A stretch of 64,000 nt of DNA, taken from contig JAEUVA010000010.1 in the NCBI GenBank assembly GCA_016787045.1, forward strand, positions 100,531 through 164,530, read 5' to 3'. The position numbers and the translations under genes were made by a program. Shown here in pieces: positions 50,567-60,839 of this stretch (its first letter is position 1; every line of letters begins with the position of its first letter). The notes beneath the pieces are model-generated. The model saw only the letters and a program-made list of their open reading frames with translations, did no database searches and was not told the origin of the DNA. The stretch comes from Chitinophagales bacterium. Lineage in GTDB: Bacteria > Bacteroidota > Bacteroidia > Chitinophagales > LD1.

Positions 50567-53500
50567 CTAATCATTCAACCTGCCGCCCAAAACCAACTGC
50601 TTTTTAAAGCGCTTTACTTTTCCTTGCAGATTAAAAACTTCTACATACGCAATGTATATACCTATGCGGGCTTTTTTGCCGTTGTTATCGGTGCCGTCCC
50701 ATTGATACTTGCCGCTGGCGGCTAAAAGCTCGTTGCGCACCAGCGTTTTTATTTCGCGGCCTATGGCATCAAATAAAGTGATGTTGCACATATAGCCCGG
50801 CTCGGTAAAACGGTATTCAATAAAAGTAAAATCTATATCGCCATCGTTATCGGGGGTAAATACTTCGGGGTTGATGGAAACGGCATCATCGGTTATGCCG
50901 CTGGCCGAAAACTGTGAGTTGAGATACGTAGGTGTGGCATAGCCAACTGTAGATGCCGCACTGTGCCAACTGGAGGGGTTTTGTGTAGGTAAATCAAAAG
51001 CAATGCGCTCTAAAGAAACACCGTTTTCATCGTCCAGCAAGGCAAAGTGCCAGTCGTCTTTGTAGGCCAATGAGTCTATGGTAGTGCTGTTTTTGAGCCG
51101 CAGTACACAAATGCTTTCGTTATCGTCATAGTTAGGTAACCCCGAAACTAAAAATACTGCAAAAGGATTTTCGCAATGGTAAAAGCTCTTGATGTTTTCG
51201 GTATTTTGAGTGAGCACTACATATTCTTGCGGGAACAGCAGATAACTTTCAGCAGATAAAAATGTCTTCTCCAAAATGCTTGATGGATTTTTGTAATCCA
51301 TTTCCAGTATTTCCAGGTCTTTGAGGTCTATTACTTTGTTGCTCAGGTTGTATAACTCAACAAAATCGTAACCGGCAGTGCGCGGGTTAAACAATATTTC
51401 ATTGATGATAACATCACCGGTGGCAGCCGTATCTGGTATGGCAAAGCGGGCAGTATTGTTCATGCCAATGGGGTTGCCATTGCAATCCGATAAATTGCTG
51501 ACGGTAACCGTATAAATAGTTCCTTTTACAAACGGTTGCAAAAACTCTAATTGCACAGTGTTGTAAGCATATGGTACGGGCAGTGCAAGTGCCGGATTAC
51601 CAATACTATTACTGATGGTGAAATTTGAAGGGGTAGAGGCAGAGCCATTATTCAACGGTTCTGAAAAGTATAAAAGCAAACTGGTAGGGCTAAGTAATGC
51701 CGCACGTACTAATTGCGGAAAAGTAGTGTCGGGGTTAAACGTAACTACTGAATTTTTTTTACCCGGTGTGCCACCGCTCGGGTGTGTGCTGGCTTGCCAG
51801 TTTTCTTTGCCATTGCAGGGGTTTTCGGGGTCTATCATTTCCAGTGTCCAGCCACCGTCTTTTTTATTGTTGTCGTTATACCAATCATCGGTATAGGGAA
51901 CATAATGAATTAACGAGCCAGTGTTGTTTTTTAATAATAAGTTATCTCCTGTGTTAGTGAGTGATGGGAATGATGATATGGCCAGTACATTAGCATAAGC
52001 GGCAAACAAAATGCCGTTGCTGTTGGAGGTTACAATTACCAGCGAATCGGGCATGAGTAAGTAGTTGGGCAATTTTGCGGTTGTAGAAGAGCCGGCTTTG
52101 CCTAATTCCCAATTTAGTAGATTGATGGCTTTGTTGCTGCGGTTGTACAATTCCACAAACTCCGCTTCGGGCAGTCCTACAACAGGGGTGGGATCCGGAA
52201 AAACTTCATTCATCAATATATCAAATTTATCGGCCGGCTGTGGTACTGCAAACTGAAATGAATTTTGAGTAGAGATGGTTTGTCCGGCACAATTTTGAAT
52301 AGAAGCCGTGGCTGTGTATATGGTGGAAATATTTAATGGATTAGAAAAGTATAAATGCACTTTTGAAAAATCTAAGGAGTCGAGAGCGCTGTTTAGCGGC
52401 TGACCTATTTGCTGGTTTATTGAAAAATTAGTGGCTTGGTTCGCATTTGTTGGCGATACATTTTGGTTGAATAGCAACACTATTTCGGTAGTAGAAATGA
52501 CATCTATACCGATTAGCGAAAAAGTAGAGTTAACAGAAATGTTGTAAACAGAATTACGCTTGCCCGGTGTACCACCCGATGGGTCAACAGAAGCCGTCCA
52601 GTTGTTGGTGCTTTGGCAAGGATTCTGCGGATTGATGAGTTCTAAAGTCCAGCCACCATCAGACTTTACGGGATGGTTATACCAACTGCTAGTGTAACTC
52701 ACTTTGTGAATGATTGTACCGGAGCTGTTTGTAAGCGTAAATTCATCTGAAGCATTGTTTAGAGAGGGTAATGACGATAACCCTAACTTTGCAACGTTAT
52801 TGGCCAAAGAATCAAAATTGCTATTAGCAAGCAACACCACAAAACTATCTGGCCCAATGGTATAAGCAGGCAAAGTAGCAGTTGACGAAGGGTCAGAAAT
52901 TTTCCACCCGCCTACATTGATAGCAAATGCAGTTCTGTTATGTAGTTCCACAAACTCTATGTTTGGTAGCCCAACTACAGGAGTGGGGTCGGCCATCAGT
53001 TCATTTATCAAAACATCATACGCACCGGGTTGATAGTAAGAAAATGGCAATGCTGCTGGGTTCATAGTGTTAGCGGCTACATCTTTTACATTATTTATGT
53101 TTATTATGTAGTTAATGCCGTTGTTCAATGCGTCAAACAACGATAAGCGGACTATACTAAAATCAGTTGCATCGCGTGTAGCACTCACCGGTGAGCCAAT
53201 GCCATTATTGATTTGGTAATGCAAGTTGTTTTCGGCAGTAGTTAAATCAACAGCTTCACTGAATTTTACATCTATATCGTTAGGTGAAACCACTGTAACG
53301 CCCAATGCTACCGGCTTAATCAAATCGGGAACTATTGTTTTAATCTCAACATCATCAAAGTAATACATGTTGTACCGACTGGCAGTATTATAGTCGCACA
53401 AGACACCAAAGTGCGAAGTTGTACTGAAGGTGTTATCAGTAAAACTGCCCTGAAATACAAAATTGTTTCCGCCAGTGTTATCGGCATAAGCAGACCAAAT

Positions 53501-53980
53501 GCCTCCGGCTTTGCGTTGTACTTTTATGCGCACAGTATTAGTTGTACTGCTGGTCATGAGCGCTTGAGAGCCACTAAATATTTTAGTAACTGTAGTGCCG
53601 GTTTGCTTGTAGATAAGCAGCGTATCTGTATTGCCGGTGCCACCAAAATATACATAGTATCCATTTAGTGAAGATTTGAGATCGGCAGAAGAACTGGCTA
53701 AAAATACTTTTACAAAGTTTGTACTGCTGGGGTTAAAATCTAATCGCATTAAAAAACTCCATTCGCACGAGTCCATTAAGGTATTTGGTGTGGACATATA
53801 TATTGTTGAACTGGCCTGTGGCCCTTGGCTGCGCAGCCAACCGTTGTCTATCACAAAGCTCGTATCGTTTCCGGCCCAAGTAGGGTCGGTGTAAAACTCG
53901 CCATCTGAAAAATCATCGGTAAACTGAGCACGGCCTATGGTGGCTATACAGCAAACCCAAATGAAAAGCATCCACTTCAT
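50567..53980 (-). CDS. large secreted protein with three lamin-tail-like domains and a type-B-like T9SS C-terminal domain
   Basis: Signal peptide MKWMLFIWVCCIATIGRAQ. Three copies of the LINE....DP......EFVEL.N motif. C-terminal VFTPDNDGDIDF...LVLGGRL. Confidence 0.7.
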   Translation of the reverse strand: MKWMLFIWVCCIATIGRAQFTDDFSDGEFYTDPTWAGNDTSFVIDNGWLRSQGPQASSTIYMSTPNTLMDSCEWSFLMRLDFNPSSTNFVKVFLASSSADLKSSLNGYYVYFGGTGNTDTLLIYKQTGTTVTKIFSGSQALMTSSTTNTVRIKVQRKAGGIWSAYADNTGGNNFVFQGSFTDNTFSTTSHFGVLCDYNTASRYNMYYFDDVEIKTIVPDLIKPVALGVTVVSPNDIDVKFSEAVDLTTAENNLHYQINNGIGSPVSATRDATDFSIVRLSLFDALNNGINYIININNVKDVAANTMNPAALPFSYYQPGAYDVLINELMADPTPVVGLPNIEFVELHNRTAFAINVGGWKISDPSSTATLPAYTIGPDSFVVLLANSNFDSLANNVAKLGLSSLPSLNNASDEFTLTNSSGTIIHKVSYTSSWYNHPVKSDGGWTLELINPQNPCQSTNNWTASVDPSGGTPGKRNSVYNISVNSTFSLIGIDVISTTEIVLLFNQNVSPTNANQATNFSINQQIGQPLNSALDSLDFSKVHLYFSNPLNISTIYTATASIQNCAGQTISTQNSFQFAVPQPADKFDILMNEVFPDPTPVVGLPEAEFVELYNRSNKAINLLNWELGKAGSSTTAKLPNYLLMPDSLVIVTSNSNGILFAAYANVLAISSFPSLTNTGDNLLLKNNTGSLIHYVPYTDDWYNDNNKKDGGWTLEMIDPENPCNGKENWQASTHPSGGTPGKKNSVVTFNPDTTFPQLVRAALLSPTSLLLYFSEPLNNGSASTPSNFTISNSIGNPALALPVPYAYNTVQLEFLQPFVKGTIYTVTVSNLSDCNGNPIGMNNTARFAIPDTAATGDVIINEILFNPRTAGYDFVELYNLSNKVIDLKDLEILEMDYKNPSSILEKTFLSAESYLLFPQEYVVLTQNTENIKSFYHCENPFAVFLVSGLPNYDDNESICVLRLKNSTTIDSLAYKDDWHFALLDDENGVSLERIAFDLPTQNPSSWHSAASTVGYATPTYLNSQFSASGITDDAVSINPEVFTPDNDGDIDFTFIEYRFTEPGYMCNITLFDAIGREIKTLVRNELLAASGKYQWDGTDNNGKKARIGIYIAYVEVFNLQGKVKRFKKQLVLGGRLND

Positions 53981-54144
53981 ACGCACTAAAATAGTAGATA
54001 AAACCATTTGGCGGCAATATGTAAACATGACGAAAAAGCCAAGCTAACATTATCAGCATCAAGGTTATACACCACCACCTGCGGAAAAATATTGTAACCT
54101 TTTTGAAACTGTACCGTAAACGCTACTTACCTAAAATAAAAACC

Positions 54145-54690
54145 ATGAGAAAGTACATTACCACTTTCGCCCTTTGTGCCACGTTTGTATTGGGCAACTC
54201 TTTTAAGCCGGCAGAAAACGCTGAAAATGCAGATTTGTGGAAAGGCCTTGCGCCCAACACTTTTTTGGCTCGTATAGATGGCTATCGCTTTGAAGCTGGA
54301 GTGGCCAACTATGTAGTGGCGGCTACTGAGCAAAAGACAAGCATTACTTTGCTGGGTAACCAGATTAAAGAGAGCAATGGCCGCATATACAAACAGTTTA
54401 TTACGGTAGAATATTCGGATGTACAAAGCATCAATCAGCCAAAAATTACCTTTGAGTTTAAAGGCAAAAAGTACAATCAAGTACCCGGTACGCTCCAAAT
54501 CAGTGTAGCTAAATTAGCGTGGAGCACCGATAAACTCAGCTATGAACTTACGGCAGATTTTGAATGCAAAGTACAAGGAAAAAACCCGTCAGATAACACC
54601 GATGTGATTATGACCATAAAAGGCAAAATGCAAGATTTGCAAGTAGAAATGCCTGTAGTGCAAAGCAATGCAGTGGCTTCAGCAAAATAG
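54145..54690 (+). CDS. hypothetical secreted protein
   Basis: Signal peptide MRKYITTFALCATFVLGNSF (start moved to ATG 54145). No motif recognised. Confidence 0.5.
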   Translation: MRKYITTFALCATFVLGNSFKPAENAENADLWKGLAPNTFLARIDGYRFEAGVANYVVAATEQKTSITLLGNQIKESNGRIYKQFITVEYSDVQSINQPKITFEFKGKKYNQVPGTLQISVAKLAWSTDKLSYELTADFECKVQGKNPSDNTDVIMTIKGKMQDLQVEMPVVQSNAVASAK

Positions 54691-54719
54691 TATTGTTTGA
54701 CTCTTTCACAGTGATAGAG

Positions 54720-54743
54720 ACCGCCCTAGTTGGCGGTTTTTTT
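54720..54743 (+). terminator. rho-independent terminator
   Basis: Stem ACCGCC / GGCGGT with a 6-nt loop, followed by T7. Confidence 0.7.
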
Positions 54744-54841
54744 GTTTGGGTGATATATAGAAAAACTGCAAAGTTTTTTGTTCCATTGGAATGTTTGTCT
54801 ATTTTTAAATAGCAACTACATTTTGCATATATCTGAGTAGT

Positions 54842-56629
54842 ATGAGTGATGCAGAGATAATTAGCCGTATAGAGAAGAACAGAGGCAGCATACATTCGGG
54901 CCGCCAGGATGCACAATCTGTACTTAATGAACTGATTGCGGAATATGCGAATAATCCATCAGAGTGTGTGCAGTTGGCATTGACCATTAACCGTGCCTTG
55001 GCCTTGCATCATCTGCAATCTAACAATGTACTAGCTATACAAATTTCACGCGATGCCTTGATTAAGCATGCCAACTCCGGTTGTCACATTCCACTGGCAC
55101 GGCTCATGTGGATATGCGGACATTGTTTAGCATTTACCGGAAACTATGCCGAGGCGCATGAATGGCTAACCCGCTGCATAGACGAGGCGGATAAAGAAAT
55201 TTCAGATGTAAAAAAAGTACAGCACATACATGCAGATGCACTACATGATTTGGCCATGCTTACTGCATTTTCGGGCGGGGCGCAAGAAAAAATACGGACA
55301 TACCTTACCGATGCCTCAGAAATATTTAAGCAGATAGATATGGTAGAGGGTATTGGCATTTGCGTAATGGGCATTGGCAATACATACTACGAAGAGGGGA
55401 GGGTGGACGAAGCATTAGAGAACTATACCCTTGCAGCTGCTATGTTTGAAAACTGTGAGGTGCCAAGTAACCTGGCATCGGCATACAGCAACATGGGAAA
55501 TTGTTTTGTAAGTACTAAACAATACGAAAAGGCCGAAGAGTATCTGGAAAAGGCATTGCAAATTCGTGAGCAAATAGGCAGTAAATCTGAAATGGCAATT
55601 TCTTATCATACACTTGCGGAGCTGCACAGAAGCAAAGGCGAACCGGAGATTGCCATTCAATGGTTTCTTAAATGCAAAGACATTTTTGAGGATAGCGATA
55701 GTCAATTGCATTTCCCCTCTACTTTGTATGCATTAGCCGATTTGTATGAGCAAACCGGTAATTGTGTTCAGGCAGCAGCGTATTACAAAAAATATATAGA
55801 TCTACAACGCAGCCAACACACTCGTGAAAAGGAAGATGCCATAGCACAAGCCGAGGCAAAATTTGAAGTTGCGCAAAAAGATAAAGAATCGGCCTTGCTA
55901 CGGGAAAAGAATAAACAAATAGAGCAATACGCTCATTTATTAGAGATCAGCAACAATGAGTTGCGCCAATTTGCTCACGTTGCTTCTCATGATCTTAAAG
56001 AGCCGCTACGCATGGTGAGCAGTTATATGGGTTTGTTAGAAAAACGGATTGCCACTAAACTGAGTGCAGAAGAGAATCAGTTTTTGCAATATGCACTGGA
56101 GGGTAGTTTACGAATGGAGAATTTGATTAATGATTTGCTTTCACTTTCGCGAATCAATGCCATTAACAAGAAGGAAAAGGTAAACCTCAATGTAGTGATG
56201 CAGGAAGTGCTGCTCAATTTTCAGGATAACACAACTGCACAGCGAGCAAGCATAGAGGTAAGTGCTTTGCCTACTATTTTAGCAGATAAAACACACATGC
56301 AGCAGTTGTTTCAAAACTTGATATCCAACGCTTTGAAGTACAATAGAAATGACGTGCCCGTTGTAAAAGTAACAGCAGAAAATGTAGATAATATGGTATG
56401 CATAAATGTAGCCGACAACGGCATTGGTATTTCAGAACGTTTTCATAAGCAGATATTTGAAATTTTTAAACGATTGCACACACGCGCAGAGTTTTCGGGT
56501 ACAGGCATTGGTCTGACTATTTGTAAAAAAATTGTTGACCAGCTCAATGGTCAAATACAGGTGCAAAGTGTAGAGGGTAAAGGCACTACTTTTACCATTC
56601 AGTTTCCGGTAGAGATAGTGATTGCCTAA
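54842..56629 (+). CDS. cytoplasmic TPR-repeat sensor histidine kinase (paralog of 354-2150)
   Basis: SNNELRQFAHVASHDLKEPLRMV compares with SNNELKQFAHVASHDMREPLRMI in the other copy. N-box NLISNALKY, G-boxes VADNGIGI and GTGIGLTICKKIV. No TM segment. Confidence 0.85.
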   Translation: MSDAEIISRIEKNRGSIHSGRQDAQSVLNELIAEYANNPSECVQLALTINRALALHHLQSNNVLAIQISRDALIKHANSGCHIPLARLMWICGHCLAFTGNYAEAHEWLTRCIDEADKEISDVKKVQHIHADALHDLAMLTAFSGGAQEKIRTYLTDASEIFKQIDMVEGIGICVMGIGNTYYEEGRVDEALENYTLAAAMFENCEVPSNLASAYSNMGNCFVSTKQYEKAEEYLEKALQIREQIGSKSEMAISYHTLAELHRSKGEPEIAIQWFLKCKDIFEDSDSQLHFPSTLYALADLYEQTGNCVQAAAYYKKYIDLQRSQHTREKEDAIAQAEAKFEVAQKDKESALLREKNKQIEQYAHLLEISNNELRQFAHVASHDLKEPLRMVSSYMGLLEKRIATKLSAEENQFLQYALEGSLRMENLINDLLSLSRINAINKKEKVNLNVVMQEVLLNFQDNTTAQRASIEVSALPTILADKTHMQQLFQNLISNALKYNRNDVPVVKVTAENVDNMVCINVADNGIGISERFHKQIFEIFKRLHTRAEFSGTGIGLTICKKIVDQLNGQIQVQSVEGKGTTFTIQFPVEIVIA

Positions 56630-57543
56630 GAAGGTGTTGCGCCAGATGCTAAATCCGCTTTCAGTTTTTTGGCGGTAAAGTTACGACCATCTGGATACCA
56701 GCCGGGTGGCATAAACATAATTTTTAACTTATTCCTGATTCCACTGGTTGTATTGATATCGTACCACAAATCCTTCCATGGTGTTAGTTGTACTTCCCAA
56801 AAACTATCTGGGTTAATGGGGCGCAAAATTCCATACTCCGGTTTTTCATCATATTCTTTATAGGTGCCAAAAAGTCGATCCCACACGGAGAGTATTTCGC
56901 TGTAGTTCATGTCTAAGTAGCGCACGTTTTTTCCGTGATGTACGCGGTGCACATCGGGGGTAATAAATAACTTGTTTAACCACGGATGATGCCCAACAAA
57001 TTTTTCGTTGATATGCTCCAAAATGCCCCACACTCTTGAAAACGTACGAACGGCAATAAACATGAGCGGGTGAAATCCCAGCCAGCACATCCACACAAAG
57101 TACCATGGGGTCATTACAAATTCAAACATAGGGCCGCGTACGGCACTGCTTAGCCGCATTTCTTGTGTGGTATGATGCACGGAATGAAAGCACCACAGCA
57201 AGCGCACTTCATGTTGCAACCTATGGCTCCAATAGAAAATAAAATCAAACAATACAAAACATGCCAGCCACACATACCACGCAAACCCAAATTCAAAGAG
57301 ACGATGCTGATATAGCCAATAGCTCAATGCCGCATAAAACAAAAAATCGGCCAATGCTTCCAGCCCAAACACAAACGCACCCGATAATAAACTAACCAAA
57401 CCCCCTTTATGGCTTACTTGCACATGCAGCATACGCAGTACAAACACTTCTAATAAGATGATGACAACAGTAAAAGCAAAAATGCCCGGTACAATGATTT
57501 GTACAATGTGGTCAATTTTTTCAATGTGTTGAGCGGTGGTCAT
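56626..57543 (-). CDS. fatty acid hydroxylase / sterol desaturase family membrane protein
   Basis: Histidine boxes HRLQHE, HSVHH and HRVHHG within a multi-helix membrane protein. Start moved to ATG 57543. Confidence 0.75.
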   Translation of the reverse strand: MTTAQHIEKIDHIVQIIVPGIFAFTVVIILLEVFVLRMLHVQVSHKGGLVSLLSGAFVFGLEALADFLFYAALSYWLYQHRLFEFGFAWYVWLACFVLFDFIFYWSHRLQHEVRLLWCFHSVHHTTQEMRLSSAVRGPMFEFVMTPWYFVWMCWLGFHPLMFIAVRTFSRVWGILEHINEKFVGHHPWLNKLFITPDVHRVHHGKNVRYLDMNYSEILSVWDRLFGTYKEYDEKPEYGILRPINPDSFWEVQLTPWKDLWYDINTTSGIRNKLKIMFMPPGWYPDGRNFTAKKLKADLASGATPS

Positions 57544-57575
57544 GTAATGCCACTGCAAGATAATATAGCAGATTA

Positions 57576-58811
57576 TTAGTACAACATGCGGAGTTTGATG
57601 GTGGCCTTCACTTCTTTGAGCAGTGCAAATGCATCTTTAGAAAGGCGGGTATCTATATCTAACACCACGTATCCAATTTCTTCGTTGGTTTTAAGGTACT
57701 GCCCCAGTATATTGATGCCGTGCGAAGAAAGTTTGGAGTTGATTTCCCCTAAAACCCCTGGTACGTTTTTATGAATGTGAAGTATGCGATGGGTTTTTTC
57801 TTGCATACTAAGATTAAGCGATGGCACAGAGTGTGAACCATTAGTGCTGCCTTTTTCTAAAAAGTTGAGCAGTTTAGAAGTTACATCTAATCCAATATTA
57901 TGTTGCGCTTCTTCGGTGCTACCGCCAATATGCGGAGTAAGAATAACGTTTGGAAGATTTTGTAAAACGGTATAAAAATTTGCACCATTTTTTTCGGGCT
58001 CCTCCGGAAAAACATCAATGGCAGCGCCACTTAACTGGCCGCTTAGCAAAGCAGTTTTTAATGCCGCTAAATCGACCACATCGCCACGGCTGTAGTTAAT
58101 GAGTATGCTGCCTCGCTTCATTAGTTCCAGCGTCTGGGCATTAATCATGTTGCGGGTGCTCGCTTCGCTGGGCACGTGCAGCGTTATAATATTGCTGCGT
58201 TTGAGTAAGTCTTTGAGTGAGCGCACCTGCTTGGCATTGCCGTGTGGCAGTTTGGGTTCCACATCATAGTAAATCACATCCATACCCATGGCTTCGGCCA
58301 TTACACTTACTTGTGAGCCGATGTTGCCGTACCCGATAATGCCTAACGTTTTGCCGCGAAGCTCATAGCTGCCTTTAGCATCTTTGAGCCAAGTACCCTC
58401 ATGTGCAGCTTTGTTTTTATCGGTAATTTTACGAATGAGCATAATGCTCAAGCCAATAACTAACTCTGCCACGCTACGCGTATTGGCGTGTGGAGCATTA
58501 AACACCGCCACCCCATTTTGTATGGCCGCTTTCATGCTTACCTGGTTTACTCCAATACAGTAGCAGCCAATACCCAATAGTTTGTTTGCCTTGGACAATA
58601 CTTTTTCGGTAATCTGTGTTTTACTACGAATGCCGAGTAGATGCACATCTCTCATTTCAGTGGCTAAGTTTTTTTCATCTAACGCGCCATTAAATCGTTT
58701 GATGTTAGAGTAGCCCGATTCAGTAAATTCTTGTACAGCAGCATCGCTGATGTTTTCGAGCAGCAGTATTTTGATTTTATCTTTTGGGTATGATGTAAAT
58801 GGTTTAGACAT
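57576..58811 (-). CDS. serA: D-3-phosphoglycerate dehydrogenase with a C-terminal ACT domain
   Basis: NAD motif GIIGYGNIGSQV, catalytic HIGGST, 411 aa, ACT-like tail. Confidence 0.85.
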   Translation of the reverse strand: MSKPFTSYPKDKIKILLLENISDAAVQEFTESGYSNIKRFNGALDEKNLATEMRDVHLLGIRSKTQITEKVLSKANKLLGIGCYCIGVNQVSMKAAIQNGVAVFNAPHANTRSVAELVIGLSIMLIRKITDKNKAAHEGTWLKDAKGSYELRGKTLGIIGYGNIGSQVSVMAEAMGMDVIYYDVEPKLPHGNAKQVRSLKDLLKRSNIITLHVPSEASTRNMINAQTLELMKRGSILINYSRGDVVDLAALKTALLSGQLSGAAIDVFPEEPEKNGANFYTVLQNLPNVILTPHIGGSTEEAQHNIGLDVTSKLLNFLEKGSTNGSHSVPSLNLSMQEKTHRILHIHKNVPGVLGEINSKLSSHGINILGQYLKTNEEIGYVVLDIDTRLSKDAFALLKEVKATIKLRMLY

Positions 58812-58826
58812 TTTTTAGTATATGTT

Positions 58827-59768
58827 TTATAGTGTACTTACCTTGCTCTTTGCCTTTTGGAATTCACTCCAAATTTCTTTTACAACTTCGCCAGCCGGTT
58901 TTATTGCATTTACAAAAGAAGCAATCTGACCTATCTCCAGTTCACCTTCCTGCATATCGCCTTCGTACATTCCTTTTTTGGCGCGGGCGCGGCCAAGTAT
59001 TTGTTCCAGTTCCTCTTTGGTTGCTCCGCGTTCCTCGGCCTCATGTATGCGTTGCTGAAAATCATTTTTAATCAAGCGCACGGGCACCACTTTTTTCATA
59101 GATAGCAGAGTGTCACCCTCTTGTAAGCTAATCACCCTTTGTTTAAAGTTATCGTGAGCCGATGATTCGTGCGTGGCCACAAAGCGAGTACCTATTTGCA
59201 CGCCTTCTGCACCTAACACCATGGCAGCCAACATCCCGTTACCGGTTGCAATTCCTCCGGCAGCTATCAGCGGTAAATTTGTTGCAGCGCGCACTTGAGG
59301 AATGAGCACAAAAGTGGTGGTTTCTTCGCGCCCGTTGTGGCCACCGGCTTCAAAGCCCTCACACACTACAGCATCGCACCCGGCATCTTCTACCTTTTTG
59401 GCAAACTTAGAGGAAGAAACTACATGTACCACTTTTATACCGTGTTGCTTTAAGTGAATGGTCCAAGTTTTTGGGTTGCCCGCGCTGGTAAATACGATGG
59501 GCACTTTCTCTTCAATAACAATTTGCATGTGTTGATCAATATCCGGGTATAGCAAAGGGACATTCACAGCAAATGGTTTTGTGGTGGCTTGTTTGCATTT
59601 TTGTATTTCATCACGCAAAATGTTTGGATACATGCTACCGCTGCCAATGATGCCCAACCCACCTGCATTGCTCACAGCACTAGCCAATTGCCATCCGCTG
59701 CACCAAATCATGCCTGCTTGTATGATAGGATAATCAATGCCAAAAAGTTTTGTAATGCGGTTTTCCAT
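58827..59768 (-). CDS. nitronate monooxygenase / FabK-like FMN oxidoreductase
   Basis: ITKLFGIDYPIIQAGM, EAGGH, IAAGGIATG. 313 aa. Confidence 0.75.
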   Translation of the reverse strand: MENRITKLFGIDYPIIQAGMIWCSGWQLASAVSNAGGLGIIGSGSMYPNILRDEIQKCKQATTKPFAVNVPLLYPDIDQHMQIVIEEKVPIVFTSAGNPKTWTIHLKQHGIKVVHVVSSSKFAKKVEDAGCDAVVCEGFEAGGHNGREETTTFVLIPQVRAATNLPLIAAGGIATGNGMLAAMVLGAEGVQIGTRFVATHESSAHDNFKQRVISLQEGDTLLSMKKVVPVRLIKNDFQQRIHEAEERGATKEELEQILGRARAKKGMYEGDMQEGELEIGQIASFVNAIKPAGEVVKEIWSEFQKAKSKVSTL

Positions 59769-59813
59769 GCTGCAAGGTTAATGCATTTTCAAAATGGTTT
59801 GTATCATTGATGT

Positions 59814-60830
59814 ATGCATCTTAATAACAATCAACTTAAGCAAGCTCTGTTTTTGCTGATACTGTTTGCCTTGGGCGGCTTTTTGTTTTGGATGCTCAAA
59901 GGTTTTGTGAGTGCCTTCTTGGGGGCTTTAGTTTTTTACGTTCTTCTGCGCCAACCTTACTTTTATGTAACCGAAAAAGTAAAACGCAAGTGGAACCGGT
60001 ATATAGCAGTTGCTGCGCTGCTATTGTTGTCGTTTGTGGTGATGGTTTTGCCGGTGTTATTAGTTACCGTAATGCTTTCCGGTAAGGTGAGTTATCTGAT
60101 AACGCATTACAAAGATATTTTACTTATTGCCGAGCAATGGAGTGGTTATGCAGAAAAGTATTTGGGTATAAATGTGATCTCTTCGGATACCGTAAGTAAA
60201 CTTACCACCCTCGCGGCAGATATACTGCCCGGGTTTTTAACGGCAACGGCAAATGTGTTGACCGATATTTTTGTGCTTTACTTTATACTCTATTTTATGC
60301 TCATCAACGCCCGTGAGTTTGAAAATACGGTGCGCAAAAACATGCCATTTAATGATGAAAACGATGCCCTGCTGCTTACCGAGTTGAAGTTGCAAACTGT
60401 TTCTAACAGTATTGGTATGGTTGTGTTAGCCATTTTGCAAGCATTTACAGCACTGATTGGCTATTGGATTTTTGGCGTAAACGAGCCCCTCTTTTGGGCA
60501 GTTATCACGGGTATTATGAGTGTGATACCGGTAGTAGGCACAACTATAGTGTGGTTGCCTATTGCGGTGTTTTTGTTTGTATCGGGCAACCACTGGCAAG
60601 CCGTTGCCGTATTGTTGTATGGGGCAATTGTTATTACAAACATTGATAATGTGTTTAGGTTTGTAGTGCAAAAGAAACTAGGAGATGTGCATCCACTCAT
60701 TACTTTTTTTGGAGTCATTCTTGGGTTAAATATTTTTGGCTTTGTAGGGTTAATATTTGGGCCGCTGCTCATTTCCTATTTTATTATATTAATAAAAATA
60801 TACATAAAAGAATATGTTAGAAACACATAA
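59814..60830 (+). CDS. AI-2E (PerM/YhhT) family transporter
   Basis: 338 aa with about 8 hydrophobic helices. SVIPVVGTTIVWLPIAVFL is typical of the family. Confidence 0.7.
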   Translation: MHLNNNQLKQALFLLILFALGGFLFWMLKGFVSAFLGALVFYVLLRQPYFYVTEKVKRKWNRYIAVAALLLLSFVVMVLPVLLVTVMLSGKVSYLITHYKDILLIAEQWSGYAEKYLGINVISSDTVSKLTTLAADILPGFLTATANVLTDIFVLYFILYFMLINAREFENTVRKNMPFNDENDALLLTELKLQTVSNSIGMVVLAILQAFTALIGYWIFGVNEPLFWAVITGIMSVIPVVGTTIVWLPIAVFLFVSGNHWQAVAVLLYGAIVITNIDNVFRFVVQKKLGDVHPLITFFGVILGLNIFGFVGLIFGPLLISYFIILIKIYIKEYVRNT

Positions 60831-60839
60831 TAGAAAGAT

